From: Spirochaetia bacterium
GTDB lineage: Bacteria > Spirochaetota > Spirochaetia > SZUA-6 > Bin103
Direction: 5' to 3'
Assembly (NCBI GenBank): GCA_965198005.1
Contig: CBDAOI010000003.1
Location: 544,001 to 608,000 of the forward strand
Length of the DNA: 64,000 nt
A model generated the notes under the pieces. It had not been told where the DNA came from. It saw nothing but the letters and a program-made list of their open reading frames with translations, and made no database searches. Position numbers and translations under genes: made by a program. This document shows positions 11,174 through 23,518 of this stretch, piece after piece. Within the stretch, counting starts at the first letter, position 1, and each line of letters opens with the position of its first letter.

Positions 11174-12460
11174 TCAACCCTCCAATGCCAGCAGCAACGG
11201 CTGCTCCAACGCCTCGATTACCCAGCGCAGGAAGCGAATGCCGTCGACGCCGTCGATCAGTCTGTGGTCATAGGTCAGGGACAGCGGCAGCCGCAGCCGC
11301 GGCACGAACCGGTCGTCCTGCCACACCGGCTCCAGCGCGGCCCGCGACACGCCGAGAATGGCCACCTCGGGCACGTTCACGATCGGCGTGAAGTGGGAGC
11401 CGCCGACGCCGCCCAGATTGGAGATGGTGAAGCTCCCGCCCTGCATCTCCGGAGCGGTGAGCGTGCGCCCGCGCGCCCGCGCCGACAGCTCACTCAAGTC
11501 GGCGGCGATCCGCACGATGTTCTTGCGATCCACGTCGCGGATCACCGGCACCAGCAGCCCGCGCTCCGTATCGACCGCCACGCCGACGTGGCGGTAGCCC
11601 TTGTACACCACCTCGTTGCGCTCGAGGTCGACGCTCGCATTGAACTGCGGGAACACCTTGAGGGCGCTGGCCACGACCCTGACCAGGATGGCGGTGATGG
11701 TCAGCTTGGCGCCGGCCGCCTCGGCGCGCGCGGCGTAGGACGTGCGCAGCCGCTCCAGCTCCGTGATGTCCGCCTTGTCCTGCTGGGTCACGGCCGGCAC
11801 TGCGTCCCAGGCCGCGCCCAGATGGGCGGCGGTAGCCCGCCGCACGGCGTTCATCGGCAGCCGCTCGATCGGTCCCCAGCGGGCGAAGTCGGGCAGCGGC
11901 AGGCGCGCGCCGCCACCGGCCGCGGTGCCGCCTGCGCCCCGGTCGCGCGCCTGCAGCAGGCGCTTGGCGGTGGCCTTGACGTCGTCCGCCAGGATGCGGC
12001 CGCCCGGGCCGCTGCCCTGCACGGTGGCCAGGTCGACGCCGATCTCGCGCGCCAGTCGCCGCACCGCCGGGGTCGCCGGGGTCGGCGGCAGGTCAGCGTA
12101 TCGGGCAGCCGCGGCGGCCGGCGCGGCGTGCGCCGGTGGAGGACCAGCGGCAGCCGCCGGGGCCGCTGCCTCCCGGGCCGGCCCCGGCGTAGCGGCCGGA
12201 GCCTCGTCCGCGGCCCCCGCCGGCGCGGGCTCCAGGCTGACAATCGGGTCGCCCACACTGATGCTGGTACCCGCCGTGACGTGAATGGCAGTCACCACGC
12301 CGGCGGCGGGGGCGGGCACCTCGACCACCGCCTTGTCGGTCTCCAGCTCCAGCAGCGGGGCGTCCTGCTCGACATGCTCGCCCGGACGCACCAGAATCGC
12401 CGTGACGTCGCCGGTCGCGACATTCTCACCCAGTTCCGGCAGCTTGACTTCGATCGCCAT
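11174..12460 (-). CDS. aceF: Dihydrolipoamide acetyltransferase (E2), one lipoyl domain
   Basis: ETDKAVVEVP lipoyl motif, ATPAVRRLARE E3-binding domain, YDHRLIDG catalytic motif; start ATG 12460. Confidence 0.92.
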   Translation of the reverse strand: MAIEVKLPELGENVATGDVTAILVRPGEHVEQDAPLLELETDKAVVEVPAPAAGVVTAIHVTAGTSISVGDPIVSLEPAPAGAADEAPAATPGPAREAAAPAAAAGPPPAHAAPAAAAARYADLPPTPATPAVRRLAREIGVDLATVQGSGPGGRILADDVKATAKRLLQARDRGAGGTAAGGGARLPLPDFARWGPIERLPMNAVRRATAAHLGAAWDAVPAVTQQDKADITELERLRTSYAARAEAAGAKLTITAILVRVVASALKVFPQFNASVDLERNEVVYKGYRHVGVAVDTERGLLVPVIRDVDRKNIVRIAADLSELSARARGRTLTAPEMQGGSFTISNLGGVGGSHFTPIVNVPEVAILGVSRAALEPVWQDDRFVPRLRLPLSLTYDHRLIDGVDGIRFLRWVIEALEQPLLLALEG

Positions 12461-12609
12461 CGCTCTTGCCCCCAAGGGTAGCACCGAAGCACCGCCGCCG
12501 GCCAATGGCTGCGGGTTGACGGTCCGCGATGAGTGGGTTATCAACGAACTACGTGAACGATTCATTGTCGCCATCGCGCACGGGTGACGTGGCTCGAGTT
12601 GCGGTGCGG

Positions 12610-13527
12610 ATGCACCATGCGTACCGTGAGATGCTCAGCTTGGGCATGTTCTGGATCACGCTCGCCACGGTGGGGGTTATCGTCGTGATATTCGTCGTCA
12701 TCGGCCCGATAGGCTCGTACGACTCCCTCACTCCGCTGCAGCGCTTGACAAATTGCCTGCTGTGCGCCTGCTTCAGTTGGTCCACCTGCTACTCGATGCA
12801 CGTGGTGACGCTCTATCTCACGCGCTTCCGGTCGTCACTCGAGGCCACGGCGGCTGTGGCCGTCGCGATGCTGGTTGCGGCCGTGCCCTGCACCGCAGTC
12901 GCGTACACGGTGCAGGCCATGTTCTATCCGGACTACGCCGCCACGGTGACCTGGGGGACGTTGTACTCGATGGTGGCACCGGTGGCGCTGGCGTGCAGCG
13001 GTCTATTCCAATTCGCAGTCTGCCAACGCCTCAGACTGGTCACCGCGGACCACGAGCCGGAGCACGAGCCGGACCAACCTCCGGGTCAATCCGCCGCCAC
13101 ACCGGCCGTTGCCGCCGCGGAGACAGACCTGCCACCTCTTCCGGAGACGCCGCCCACCGAGGCGGCAGCGCCGGCCAGTCACGGTGCACCCGCGACGGAG
13201 AGCGCCGACGAGCCGCGGTCCACGATCTTCGACCGGCCGCCTCTTGGTCCGGGCAGTGATGTCATTTACCTCAAGTCGGAGGGACGCCACGTACACGTGC
13301 ACACCACTTCCGGTTCCAGCCGCGTACTCGTGCGATTCACCGACGCCATTGCTACGCTCGGCGCCCGCGGCATGCAGGTGCACCGCTCGTACTGGGTCGC
13401 TCATCGCCAGGTAGCGGAACTGGTGCGACGCGACAACCACACCCTGCTGCGCCTCAAGGGCGACCACGAGGTGCCGGTAAGCCGAACCTACCTCCAGGCC
13501 GTGCGCGCCGCGGTGGCCAACCGCTAG
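12610..13527 (+). CDS. Membrane-anchored LytTR-domain regulator
   Basis: About four TM segments, Pro/Ala linker, then YLKSEGRHVHVHT...GMQVHRSYWVA...VPVSRTY. Confidence 0.88.
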   Translation: MHHAYREMLSLGMFWITLATVGVIVVIFVVIGPIGSYDSLTPLQRLTNCLLCACFSWSTCYSMHVVTLYLTRFRSSLEATAAVAVAMLVAAVPCTAVAYTVQAMFYPDYAATVTWGTLYSMVAPVALACSGLFQFAVCQRLRLVTADHEPEHEPDQPPGQSAATPAVAAAETDLPPLPETPPTEAAAPASHGAPATESADEPRSTIFDRPPLGPGSDVIYLKSEGRHVHVHTTSGSSRVLVRFTDAIATLGARGMQVHRSYWVAHRQVAELVRRDNHTLLRLKGDHEVPVSRTYLQAVRAAVANR

Positions 13528-13548
13528 TAGCGCCACGCCGAGGCGGGG

Positions 13549-14052
13549 CTAAGCGCGATCCTCCGAGCGCTGCCGCAGGTTGTCTCCGGCAGCGGCAACG
13601 GCGTCGGCGCCGGAGGCAAGTGAGCGCCCGATACGCCGGCGCAGCACGTAGTTCCAGAGCATGAACACACCTATCAACTGGACTGCGCATGCCCGGTAGA
13701 TTCCCACCAATTCCTCCTGGGGAGGGTAGGCGCTATGGAACAGCCGGTACGTGACGAACGTGATGGAAGCGCAGGGCACGGCCAGGAACAGCGCCGTTGC
13801 CGCCAGTGCCAGGGTGGTTTCGGATGGCGATCGATGGCGCGCAAGATAAAGCGTTACGATTCCCTGGGAGTAGCAGACGAAGGTGCACAGAACTCCACAC
13901 AGCGCCCAGTAGGCAACGCGCCGGAAAAGGCCCAGCGTGGCGTTGGTCCCGAGCGGACCGACGATCGTGTGCATCGCTACGATGCCGCACAACACCGCGC
14001 CGGTAAGGAGCAGCGTTGCTGGAGTGAGCGACTCGCGATATGCCAAGGGCAT
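13549..14052 (-). CDS. Membrane protein paralogous to the TM domain of the neighbouring LytTR protein, lacking LytTR
   Basis: Shared blocks AYRE, GPxG, CYSxxxVTLYLxRxRS, AVPC. Confidence 0.72.
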   Translation of the reverse strand: MPLAYRESLTPATLLLTGAVLCGIVAMHTIVGPLGTNATLGLFRRVAYWALCGVLCTFVCYSQGIVTLYLARHRSPSETTLALAATALFLAVPCASITFVTYRLFHSAYPPQEELVGIYRACAVQLIGVFMLWNYVLRRRIGRSLASGADAVAAAGDNLRQRSEDRA

Positions 14053-14426
14053 GTGACCGCGATCGAGATCTGCGCCTCCACCATTCATGTCAACTATCAC
14101 TCATGCCATCGTTCGTCATTTTGGCATATCCGCGGGGCCGATTCGAAGATCATTCGTGTCGACTGTAGTCCAGTGGGGATGCCGGTGCAAGCTCTGCGAT
14201 CCCTGAGTGCCACAGGTGCGCACGGGAACGTTCGAGCTTGCGCTCGAGTTCGGCGGTGACGAGACAATTCGAGAGATAAAGAAAATATCGTTGTGACAAA
14301 TTAGAGCCTCGAAACGAGGCTCCTATTCAGCAGTTTCGTTAGGTTTTGTTCTCTGATTATCAGCACAAGATAAAATAAATATGGCTGTGACTAAGTTATA
14401 GTATCCAGCCGACCGCACGGCCCGAT

Positions 14427-15449
14427 CTAATTGGCGGCAGCCGCGCTTGCGACGGCGTCCAGCCAGGCCTGCTTGGCGCTGTCGAGCGCCATCGGATTGG
14501 CCGGGAAGTAGCCGACGTCGACCACCTCTTCATTGACGTAGGTCAGGTAGAAGGCGATGAAGGCGGCGACCTGCGGCTTCTCCAGCATGATGTCGGCCGT
14601 AGTGTAGATGGACAGCGGCCGCGCCAGCGGATAGGACGCGTCGTCGACGCTCTCTTCACTCGCCTCGACCCCGTCGACGTGGAGCACCCGCAGCTTGTCG
14701 GCGTTCTCGGAGTAGTACGCGTAGCCGAAGAATCCGACCGAGTAGGGTCCGCCGAGCACGCCCCGCACCAGGATGTTGTCATCCTCGCTCATCTGCAGGT
14801 TGTCGGCGCTCAGAATCGGCTCCTCGTCCTCGTCGAACACCTGTTCCACGAAGTAGTCGAAGGTGCCGCTGTCGGTGCCGGGAATGAAGCGCTGAATCGG
14901 CTCGGCCGGCCAGGCCGGATTGACGTCGCTCCAGTTGGTCGCGGTGCTGAACAGCGCCGAGAGCTGCTCCATGGAGACGTTGTCGGCGAACGTGTTGTCC
15001 TTGCTGACCACCACCGCCAGCGCGTCGGTGCCGACGCGAATCTCGATCGGGTCGCGGCCGATGGCATTGCAGGAGTCCACTTCCTTCGACTTGATCGCAC
15101 GGCTGGCGGTGGAGACGTCGGTCTCGCCGGCGGTGCAGAACCGCTCGAAGCCGGCGCCGCTGCCGATGCTGTCCACGGTGATGTTGCCCGGGAATCCCTC
15201 ATCCTTGAACCGCTCGACCATGCGCTCGGAGAGCGGGAACACGGTGGAGCTGCCGGCCGCGACGATGTTGCCGGGGACCTCCAGCGGGTTGATGCCCGGC
15301 AGCATGGGGTCGTCCGACTCGTCGGTGATGAACGCCCAGCCGCCGCCATCCTCTCCGGCCGAACCGGCGGCGGCGAGAGTGCCCGCGAACAGAAGCGCCA
15401 GCACCGGCAGACCGGTGGTCCGGCGCAAGAAGATACGTGAGTGAGACAA
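14427..15449 (-). CDS. pstS: Phosphate ABC transporter substrate-binding protein
   Basis: AGSSTVFP, SIGSGAGF, ASRAIK, PGTDSGTFDYF, YPLARPL; signal peptide. Confidence 0.92.
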   Translation of the reverse strand: MSHSRIFLRRTTGLPVLALLFAGTLAAAGSAGEDGGGWAFITDESDDPMLPGINPLEVPGNIVAAGSSTVFPLSERMVERFKDEGFPGNITVDSIGSGAGFERFCTAGETDVSTASRAIKSKEVDSCNAIGRDPIEIRVGTDALAVVVSKDNTFADNVSMEQLSALFSTATNWSDVNPAWPAEPIQRFIPGTDSGTFDYFVEQVFDEDEEPILSADNLQMSEDDNILVRGVLGGPYSVGFFGYAYYSENADKLRVLHVDGVEASEESVDDASYPLARPLSIYTTADIMLEKPQVAAFIAFYLTYVNEEVVDVGYFPANPMALDSAKQAWLDAVASAAAAN

Positions 15450-15507
15450 GGTTCTTGTCCCTCCTTGATCGATAGGATTTTCGGGGTATTCGGGGTAAAG
15501 GTGGGCT

Positions 15508-15540
15508 GCGGCGTTTAGTGGTCTGCTAGGGAACCGTTAG
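15508..15540 (-). promoter_or_regulatory. Candidate Pho-box-like 11-bp periodic repeats upstream of pstS
   Basis: Minus strand CTAACGGTTCC CTAGCAGACCA CTAAACGCCGC. Confidence 0.35.
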
Positions 15541-15559
15541 ACTTGTGTGAGTGCCCGGG

Positions 15560-18325
<2,766 letters not shown>

Positions 18326-18491
18326 CGTCTCGGACCACTGCTTACCATTGAGTCGCGTACCATACAGTATAACGCAACAGTATAACGCAGCTTGGCGCGT
18401 GACCGAACCGGGCGCAACGTGGAAAAACGTGGAATCCGCGTCAGCGTCGCGTCAGCGCGTGCGCGGGTCGGTATACTCTCGGCAACGACAG

Positions 18492-18962
18492 ATGTACAGC
18501 TTCGCTCTCGTGGTCCACTCCTACCTGCGCTATCCGGTGCTGCTGCTGCTGGCGGTCGTGTTGCTGCGCGCGCTCGCCGCGCTGGTGCGCGGCAGCGATT
18601 GGCTACCCGCCGATACGAGCCTGGGGCGCTGGATGATCCGCGCCTGGGACGTGCAGCTCCTGCTTGGGCTGGTGCTCTACTACCTCAGTCCCATTACCCA
18701 GTTCGGTCTGGCCAACTTCGCTCAGGCAATGGCTGACGGGCAACTCCGGATGTTCACGGTCGAGCATCCGGTGCTGCTGCTGCTGGCCACCGCGGTGCTG
18801 CACGTCGGCTGGGTGCGCCTGCGCCGGGTGCCGAGCGCGCGCGGCCAGCACTGGCGCTGGCTGATCTTCAGCGCGGTGGCGGCGGCGCTGGCGGTGGCCG
18901 CGATACCGTGGCAGGGCCGGCCCCTGCTGCGCACGATCGTGGAGGCACCTGCAATCCTGTGA
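18492..18962 (+). CDS. Conserved membrane protein
   Basis: HSYLRY, QLLLGLVLY, EHP, IPW motifs; about four TM segments. Confidence 0.7.
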   Translation: MYSFALVVHSYLRYPVLLLLAVVLLRALAALVRGSDWLPADTSLGRWMIRAWDVQLLLGLVLYYLSPITQFGLANFAQAMADGQLRMFTVEHPVLLLLATAVLHVGWVRLRRVPSARGQHWRWLIFSAVAAALAVAAIPWQGRPLLRTIVEAPAIL

Positions 18963-18984
18963 CCGGAAGCCGGGCGCGCCGGCG

Positions 18985-20202
18985 TCACGTGCCGGAGCCG
19001 GCCAGCGACGGCACCGCCACCTCGGAATCGACGTCGGCGGCGTAGTCCACCCCCGGCTGACCGAAGCCGAACATGCCGAGGAAAGCGCTGCGATACCCGT
19101 CGAGGTCGGCCAGCTCACGCAGCGTCTCCTCGGTGGCGGCTGCGCCGCGGTCGGCAAGCAGCCTGAACCGCCGCTCCACTTCGCGCTGCACCGCGGCCTC
19201 CATCTCCCAGTCGTCCATCCGCACCCGCCGCTCCGCATCGGTAGGGATCGTCGGCCCGCGGTACAGGCGATCCGCGAACAGCCGGCGCATCTGCGCGACC
19301 GCGTCTTCATGGGTGCCGCGCTCCGCCATCACCCGGAACAGCACCATCAGATAGAGCGGCACCACCGGAAGGGCGGCGCTGGACTGGGTGACCAGCGCCT
19401 TGTTGACCGAGATCAAGGTGCGCGCCGGCAGCTCGCGGTCGAGCGCGTGTGCCGTCCGCTCCAGATGCTCCTTGGCGCGGCCGATGGTGCCGCCGCGGTA
19501 GATCGCGTGCGTCAGCGTCGGCCCGACGTAGGTATAGGCGACGTTGAGGCACCCCGGCGCCAGCAGGCCGGCGGCCTGCAACGCGGTCAGCCAGCGCCGC
19601 CAGTCGTCGCCGCCCATCACCGCCACCGTGGCCCGGACCTCGTCGTCGGCGGCGGGTTCGACGCTGACCGACCGCACCGCGCCGCTGGCCGGGTCGATGG
19701 TGGCGCCCGTGTAGGCGGCGCCGATCGGTTTGAGCACGCTGTCGTAGGTCTCCCCGGAATCGGGGTCGATCCGGCGCGGAGCCGCCAGACTGTAGACCAC
19801 CAGGTCGACCCGGCCCAGACGCTCCGCCACCACCTGCAGAGTCTGCGCGCGCACCTCGTTGGAGAAGGCGTCGCCGTTGATGCTCCAGGCGCCGCGTCCG
19901 GCCGCCGCGGCCTGACGCTCGAACGCGGCGGTGTTGTACCAGCCGGCGGATGCGGTGCGGCGCCCGCTGGCCGGGCGTTCCAGAAACACGCCGACAGTAT
20001 CGGCGCCGCAGCCGAAGGCCGCCACGATGCGCGAAGCCAGCCCGTAGCCGGTGGAGGCGCCGATCACCAGCACCCGTCCGGGCCCCCCGTCAATGGCGGG
20101 CCGCGCACGGACGTAGTCGATCTGGCGCGCCACCTCCGCCGCGCAGCCGGCCGGGTGGGCGGTCAGGCAGATGAAGCCCCGAACCCTGGGTTCGATGATC
20201 AT
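18985..20202 (-). CDS. fabV: Enoyl-ACP / trans-2-enoyl-CoA reductase FabV
   Basis: MIIEPRVRGFICLTAHPAGC, GASTGYGLASR, YSLAAPRR, VMGG, KALVTQSS. Confidence 0.95.
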   Translation of the reverse strand: MIIEPRVRGFICLTAHPAGCAAEVARQIDYVRARPAIDGGPGRVLVIGASTGYGLASRIVAAFGCGADTVGVFLERPASGRRTASAGWYNTAAFERQAAAAGRGAWSINGDAFSNEVRAQTLQVVAERLGRVDLVVYSLAAPRRIDPDSGETYDSVLKPIGAAYTGATIDPASGAVRSVSVEPAADDEVRATVAVMGGDDWRRWLTALQAAGLLAPGCLNVAYTYVGPTLTHAIYRGGTIGRAKEHLERTAHALDRELPARTLISVNKALVTQSSAALPVVPLYLMVLFRVMAERGTHEDAVAQMRRLFADRLYRGPTIPTDAERRVRMDDWEMEAAVQREVERRFRLLADRGAAATEETLRELADLDGYRSAFLGMFGFGQPGVDYAADVDSEVAVPSLAGSGT

Positions 20203-20221
20203 GACACGTGCCGCGACTGTA

Positions 20222-20953
20222 CTACCCGGAATGGGCCTGCCGCAACAACGCCGCGGCGTGGGGCTGAGAGCGCACGTAGTAGTCGGCGGTCAGCAGGCGG
20301 CGCTCGGCCGCGGTGAGCTGCCAGCCGGCCATTTCGGCCGGCAGCCGGGCGCGCACGTGCGCCAGCACCAGGGCCGCCGCCACGCTGACGTTGAAGCTGC
20401 GGGTAAAGCCGCACATGGGTATGGCAATCAACTGGTCGGCCGCGGCCGCGAGGGCGGGGCTGACGCCGCGGTGTTCGTTGCCGAACGCGATGGCCACGGG
20501 CGTGCTCAGATCGAGCTCCGCCAGCGGCACGCTGCCGGCACTGAGGGAGGTGGCCACCACCCTCAGGCCGGCGGCCCGCAGGTGCGCCACGCACGCGGCG
20601 CTGTCCGGCCAGGGTCTGATGAACAGCCACTTGTCGGCGCCCTGGGTGACGCGGGTGGGCGTGAGGCGGTTGGCCGCGGCCGCCCGCGCCGCCGACCCGG
20701 GCGGCTCGACGACGTGCGCCGCACCGTACCCCAGCCCTTCCGCGCTGCGCAGCACCGCGGCCACGTTGCCGGCGTCGGTCAGGTGCTCCAGGACAGGCAC
20801 CACCGCGAACGTGCGCGCGGTGACCACCTGCGCGATCGCCGCACGCCGGGCCGGGGTCAGGTACGATCCGAGCACGGCCATGATACGGTCCGCCGCGACC
20901 CGCTCGGTTTCGACCTGCAGCGGTTCGCGCAACGGCAGCAGAGAGTCACGCAC
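20222..20953 (-). CDS. TrmH/SpoU family RNA methyltransferase
   Basis: GNVAAVLRSAE, FGNEHRGVS, IPMCGFTRSFNVSVAA. Confidence 0.92.
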   Translation of the reverse strand: MRDSLLPLREPLQVETERVAADRIMAVLGSYLTPARRAAIAQVVTARTFAVVPVLEHLTDAGNVAAVLRSAEGLGYGAAHVVEPPGSAARAAAANRLTPTRVTQGADKWLFIRPWPDSAACVAHLRAAGLRVVATSLSAGSVPLAELDLSTPVAIAFGNEHRGVSPALAAAADQLIAIPMCGFTRSFNVSVAAALVLAHVRARLPAEMAGWQLTAAERRLLTADYYVRSQPHAAALLRQAHSG

Positions 20954-21034
20954 CGAAGCGCACCGGGGCGGAGTGAAGCGCAGCGGGGGCGGAACGCGCG
21001 CCCCGCTGCAGGCCGGCCTTGCCTGGGCCTTGCC

Positions 21035-23284
21035 TCAGCCCTTTCCGTTCGACCCGTTCTGCTCCAGGATCGCCTCCAGCACCCGCGGCGGCGACATCGG
21101 CGCCTCCCGCAGACGCACTCCGGTGGCGTCGTGGATGGCGTTGGCGACGGTGGCGATCGGGGCCACGATCGCGTTCTCGCCCACCCCGCGCACGCCGTAG
21201 GGGTGCTTGGGATTGGGCACTTCGACGATCACCGGGTCGATCATCGGCAGGTCGAGCGCGACCGGCATGCGGTAGTCCAGAAAGCCGGCGTTCTCCATCA
21301 CGCCCTGCTCGTTGTAGACGTAGCCTTCGTTCAGCGCCCAGCCGATGCCCTGCGCGGCACCGCCCTGATACTGCCCCTCCACGTAGTCCTTGTGCAGCGC
21401 GCAACCGGCGTCCTGGCACACGGTGTAGCGCACCACGTCCACCTTGCCGGTGTCGGGGTCCACTTCCACGTCGCAGATATGGGTCCCGAACGACGGCGCC
21501 GCGAAGCGGGCGTTGATCGCCGCCTCGGCGCCGAGCGGTCCGCCGGTCTGGGACGCGGACCGGGCCAGCTCCTTGAGCGACAGCGGCGCGTGCGAGCCAT
21601 TGCCGTCCGGGTCGAGATGCGCGGCGCCGTCCTTCCAGGTGACCTTCTCCTGGTCCACCTCCCACACCCGAGCCGCGCGCTCGCGCAGCAGGTCGACCAG
21701 CTTCACGGCAGCCTCGTGGATCGCCATGCTGCTGGCGTAGGCGGTGCTGCTCCCCTCGGAGATGCCGTTCATGCCGACGGTATCGGTGTCGCCGATCGAA
21801 GGATTCACCTGGTCCACGTCGATCCCCAGCTCTTCGGCCAGCACCATCGCCTGCGCGGCGCGCGCGCCGCCGACGTCGGGGCGGCCGGTGACCAGCGACG
21901 CCCGGCCGTCCGGCAGGATGGTGATGTTGGCGGTGGCGTCGCCGCCGATGTTGATCCAGAAGCCGGAGGCCACGCCGCGTCCCTGATTGGGTCCGAGCGG
22001 CGCGGTGTAGTGCGGATGGTCGCGCGCCGCTTCCAGCGTTGCCACCATGCCGATCTCGGGAAAGATGGGACCGTAGGCGGCCTTGGTGCCCTTCCTGGCG
22101 GCATTCTTGAGGCGGAACTCGATCGGGTCCATCCCGATCTCCTCGCACACCTCGTCGATGACGGTCTCGATCGCGTGCGCCGCGTTGGGTGCCAGCGGTG
22201 CTCGGTAGGGGCGCATGTACGGCTTGTTGACCAGCACGTTGTAGCCCTCGATGTGATAGTTCTCCAGGTCGTACGGGGAGGTCAGGCTGAACATCCCGCA
22301 GGCCATCAGGCCACCCGGAAAACTGCCCGACTCGTAGTACAGATCGGCGTCGACCGCGGTAATGCGGCCGTCGCGGGTGGCGCCCAGCTTGAGGCGGATG
22401 TGGCTGCCCGGCGCCGGCCCGGTGGAGGTGAACACTTCGGAGCGGTTCATCACCATCTTGACCGGCCGGCCCGACTGCTTGGACAGCAGAATCGAAACCG
22501 GCTCCAGGAACACGCCGGTCTTGCCGCCGAAGCCGCCGCCGATCTCGGCCGGAATCGACTTGATCTGCGACGGCCTGATCCCCAGCACCGCCGCGCTCTG
22601 GTCACGCATGGCGAAGTGGCCCTGGCTGGACACCCAGAGCATCGCCTGCCCGTCCTCGGAATGGCGCGCGACGCACGCGTGCGGCTCGATGTAGCCCTGA
22701 TGAATGGTGGCGCAGTCGAACTCGTGCTCGATTACGACGTCGGCGGCCGCAAAGCCCGCCTCCAGGTCGCCGGCCTCGAATACGTCCGTGGTGCAGATGT
22801 TCGACGGCGGCGCCGACGCATCGCCGTTGGTGCGCAGGTCGGGATCGATGATCACCGTGCCCTTGGCCGCCTCCACGACGTCGGTGACGTGGGGCAGCAC
22901 CTCGTAGTCGACCTTGATCAGGTCCAGGGCCTGGTCCGCGATCGTGGGGGTCGCCGCCGCCACCGCCGCCACCGCATGGCCGGCGTAGCGCACGTGGCCG
23001 CGGCACATCACGACCTGCGCCTGATGATTGCCGTTGTCCACCGGCGCGCGCGGAAAGTCGTCACCGGTGACCACCGCGAACACCCCGTCCAGGGCCTCCG
23101 CGGCGCTGGTGTCGATCGATCTGATGCGCGCGTGGGCGTGGGGGCTGCGCAGCACCTTGCCGTGCAGCATGCCCGGAAGATGAAGGTCGGCGCCGTACGC
23201 GGCGCGTCCCGTTACTTTGTCGACCCCGTCGTGCCGCACGGGGCGGGTGCCTACCACCCGATATTTGGTTGCTGTGTCACTCAT
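21035..23284 (-). CDS. Xanthine dehydrogenase-family molybdopterin-binding subunit
   Basis: DKVTGRAAYGAD, LRSPHAHA, HQGYIEPH, IGGGFGGK, EGQYQGG, GVRGVGE. Confidence 0.93.
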   Translation of the reverse strand: MSDTATKYRVVGTRPVRHDGVDKVTGRAAYGADLHLPGMLHGKVLRSPHAHARIRSIDTSAAEALDGVFAVVTGDDFPRAPVDNGNHQAQVVMCRGHVRYAGHAVAAVAAATPTIADQALDLIKVDYEVLPHVTDVVEAAKGTVIIDPDLRTNGDASAPPSNICTTDVFEAGDLEAGFAAADVVIEHEFDCATIHQGYIEPHACVARHSEDGQAMLWVSSQGHFAMRDQSAAVLGIRPSQIKSIPAEIGGGFGGKTGVFLEPVSILLSKQSGRPVKMVMNRSEVFTSTGPAPGSHIRLKLGATRDGRITAVDADLYYESGSFPGGLMACGMFSLTSPYDLENYHIEGYNVLVNKPYMRPYRAPLAPNAAHAIETVIDEVCEEIGMDPIEFRLKNAARKGTKAAYGPIFPEIGMVATLEAARDHPHYTAPLGPNQGRGVASGFWINIGGDATANITILPDGRASLVTGRPDVGGARAAQAMVLAEELGIDVDQVNPSIGDTDTVGMNGISEGSSTAYASSMAIHEAAVKLVDLLRERAARVWEVDQEKVTWKDGAAHLDPDGNGSHAPLSLKELARSASQTGGPLGAEAAINARFAAPSFGTHICDVEVDPDTGKVDVVRYTVCQDAGCALHKDYVEGQYQGGAAQGIGWALNEGYVYNEQGVMENAGFLDYRMPVALDLPMIDPVIVEVPNPKHPYGVRGVGENAIVAPIATVANAIHDATGVRLREAPMSPPRVLEAILEQNGSNGKG

Positions 23285-23518
23285 GTAGCCTGCCTCCGGC
23301 ATGATTGGTCGGGGTCAAGGTAGCGGGCCGGTGCCACTCTGTCAACGGCAACGTACGGCAACGACGCCGGCTGCCCCGGCTGCCTCGGCTTGCCCGGTCC
23401 CGTCGGCCCACGGTAGACTTTGGAACGAGCGGTCAAATACCCAGGGGGTCCGAGCTCTCGGGCCAAGCCCGCGAACGGACCATTCAACAGGCAATTCAAC
23501 AGGAAGGTCAGTGGGTCA

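Noticed and set aside
21035-23284. Aerobic CO dehydrogenase CoxL
   Set aside because: Lacks AYxCSFR or AYxGAGR motifs; no coxM/coxS neighbours
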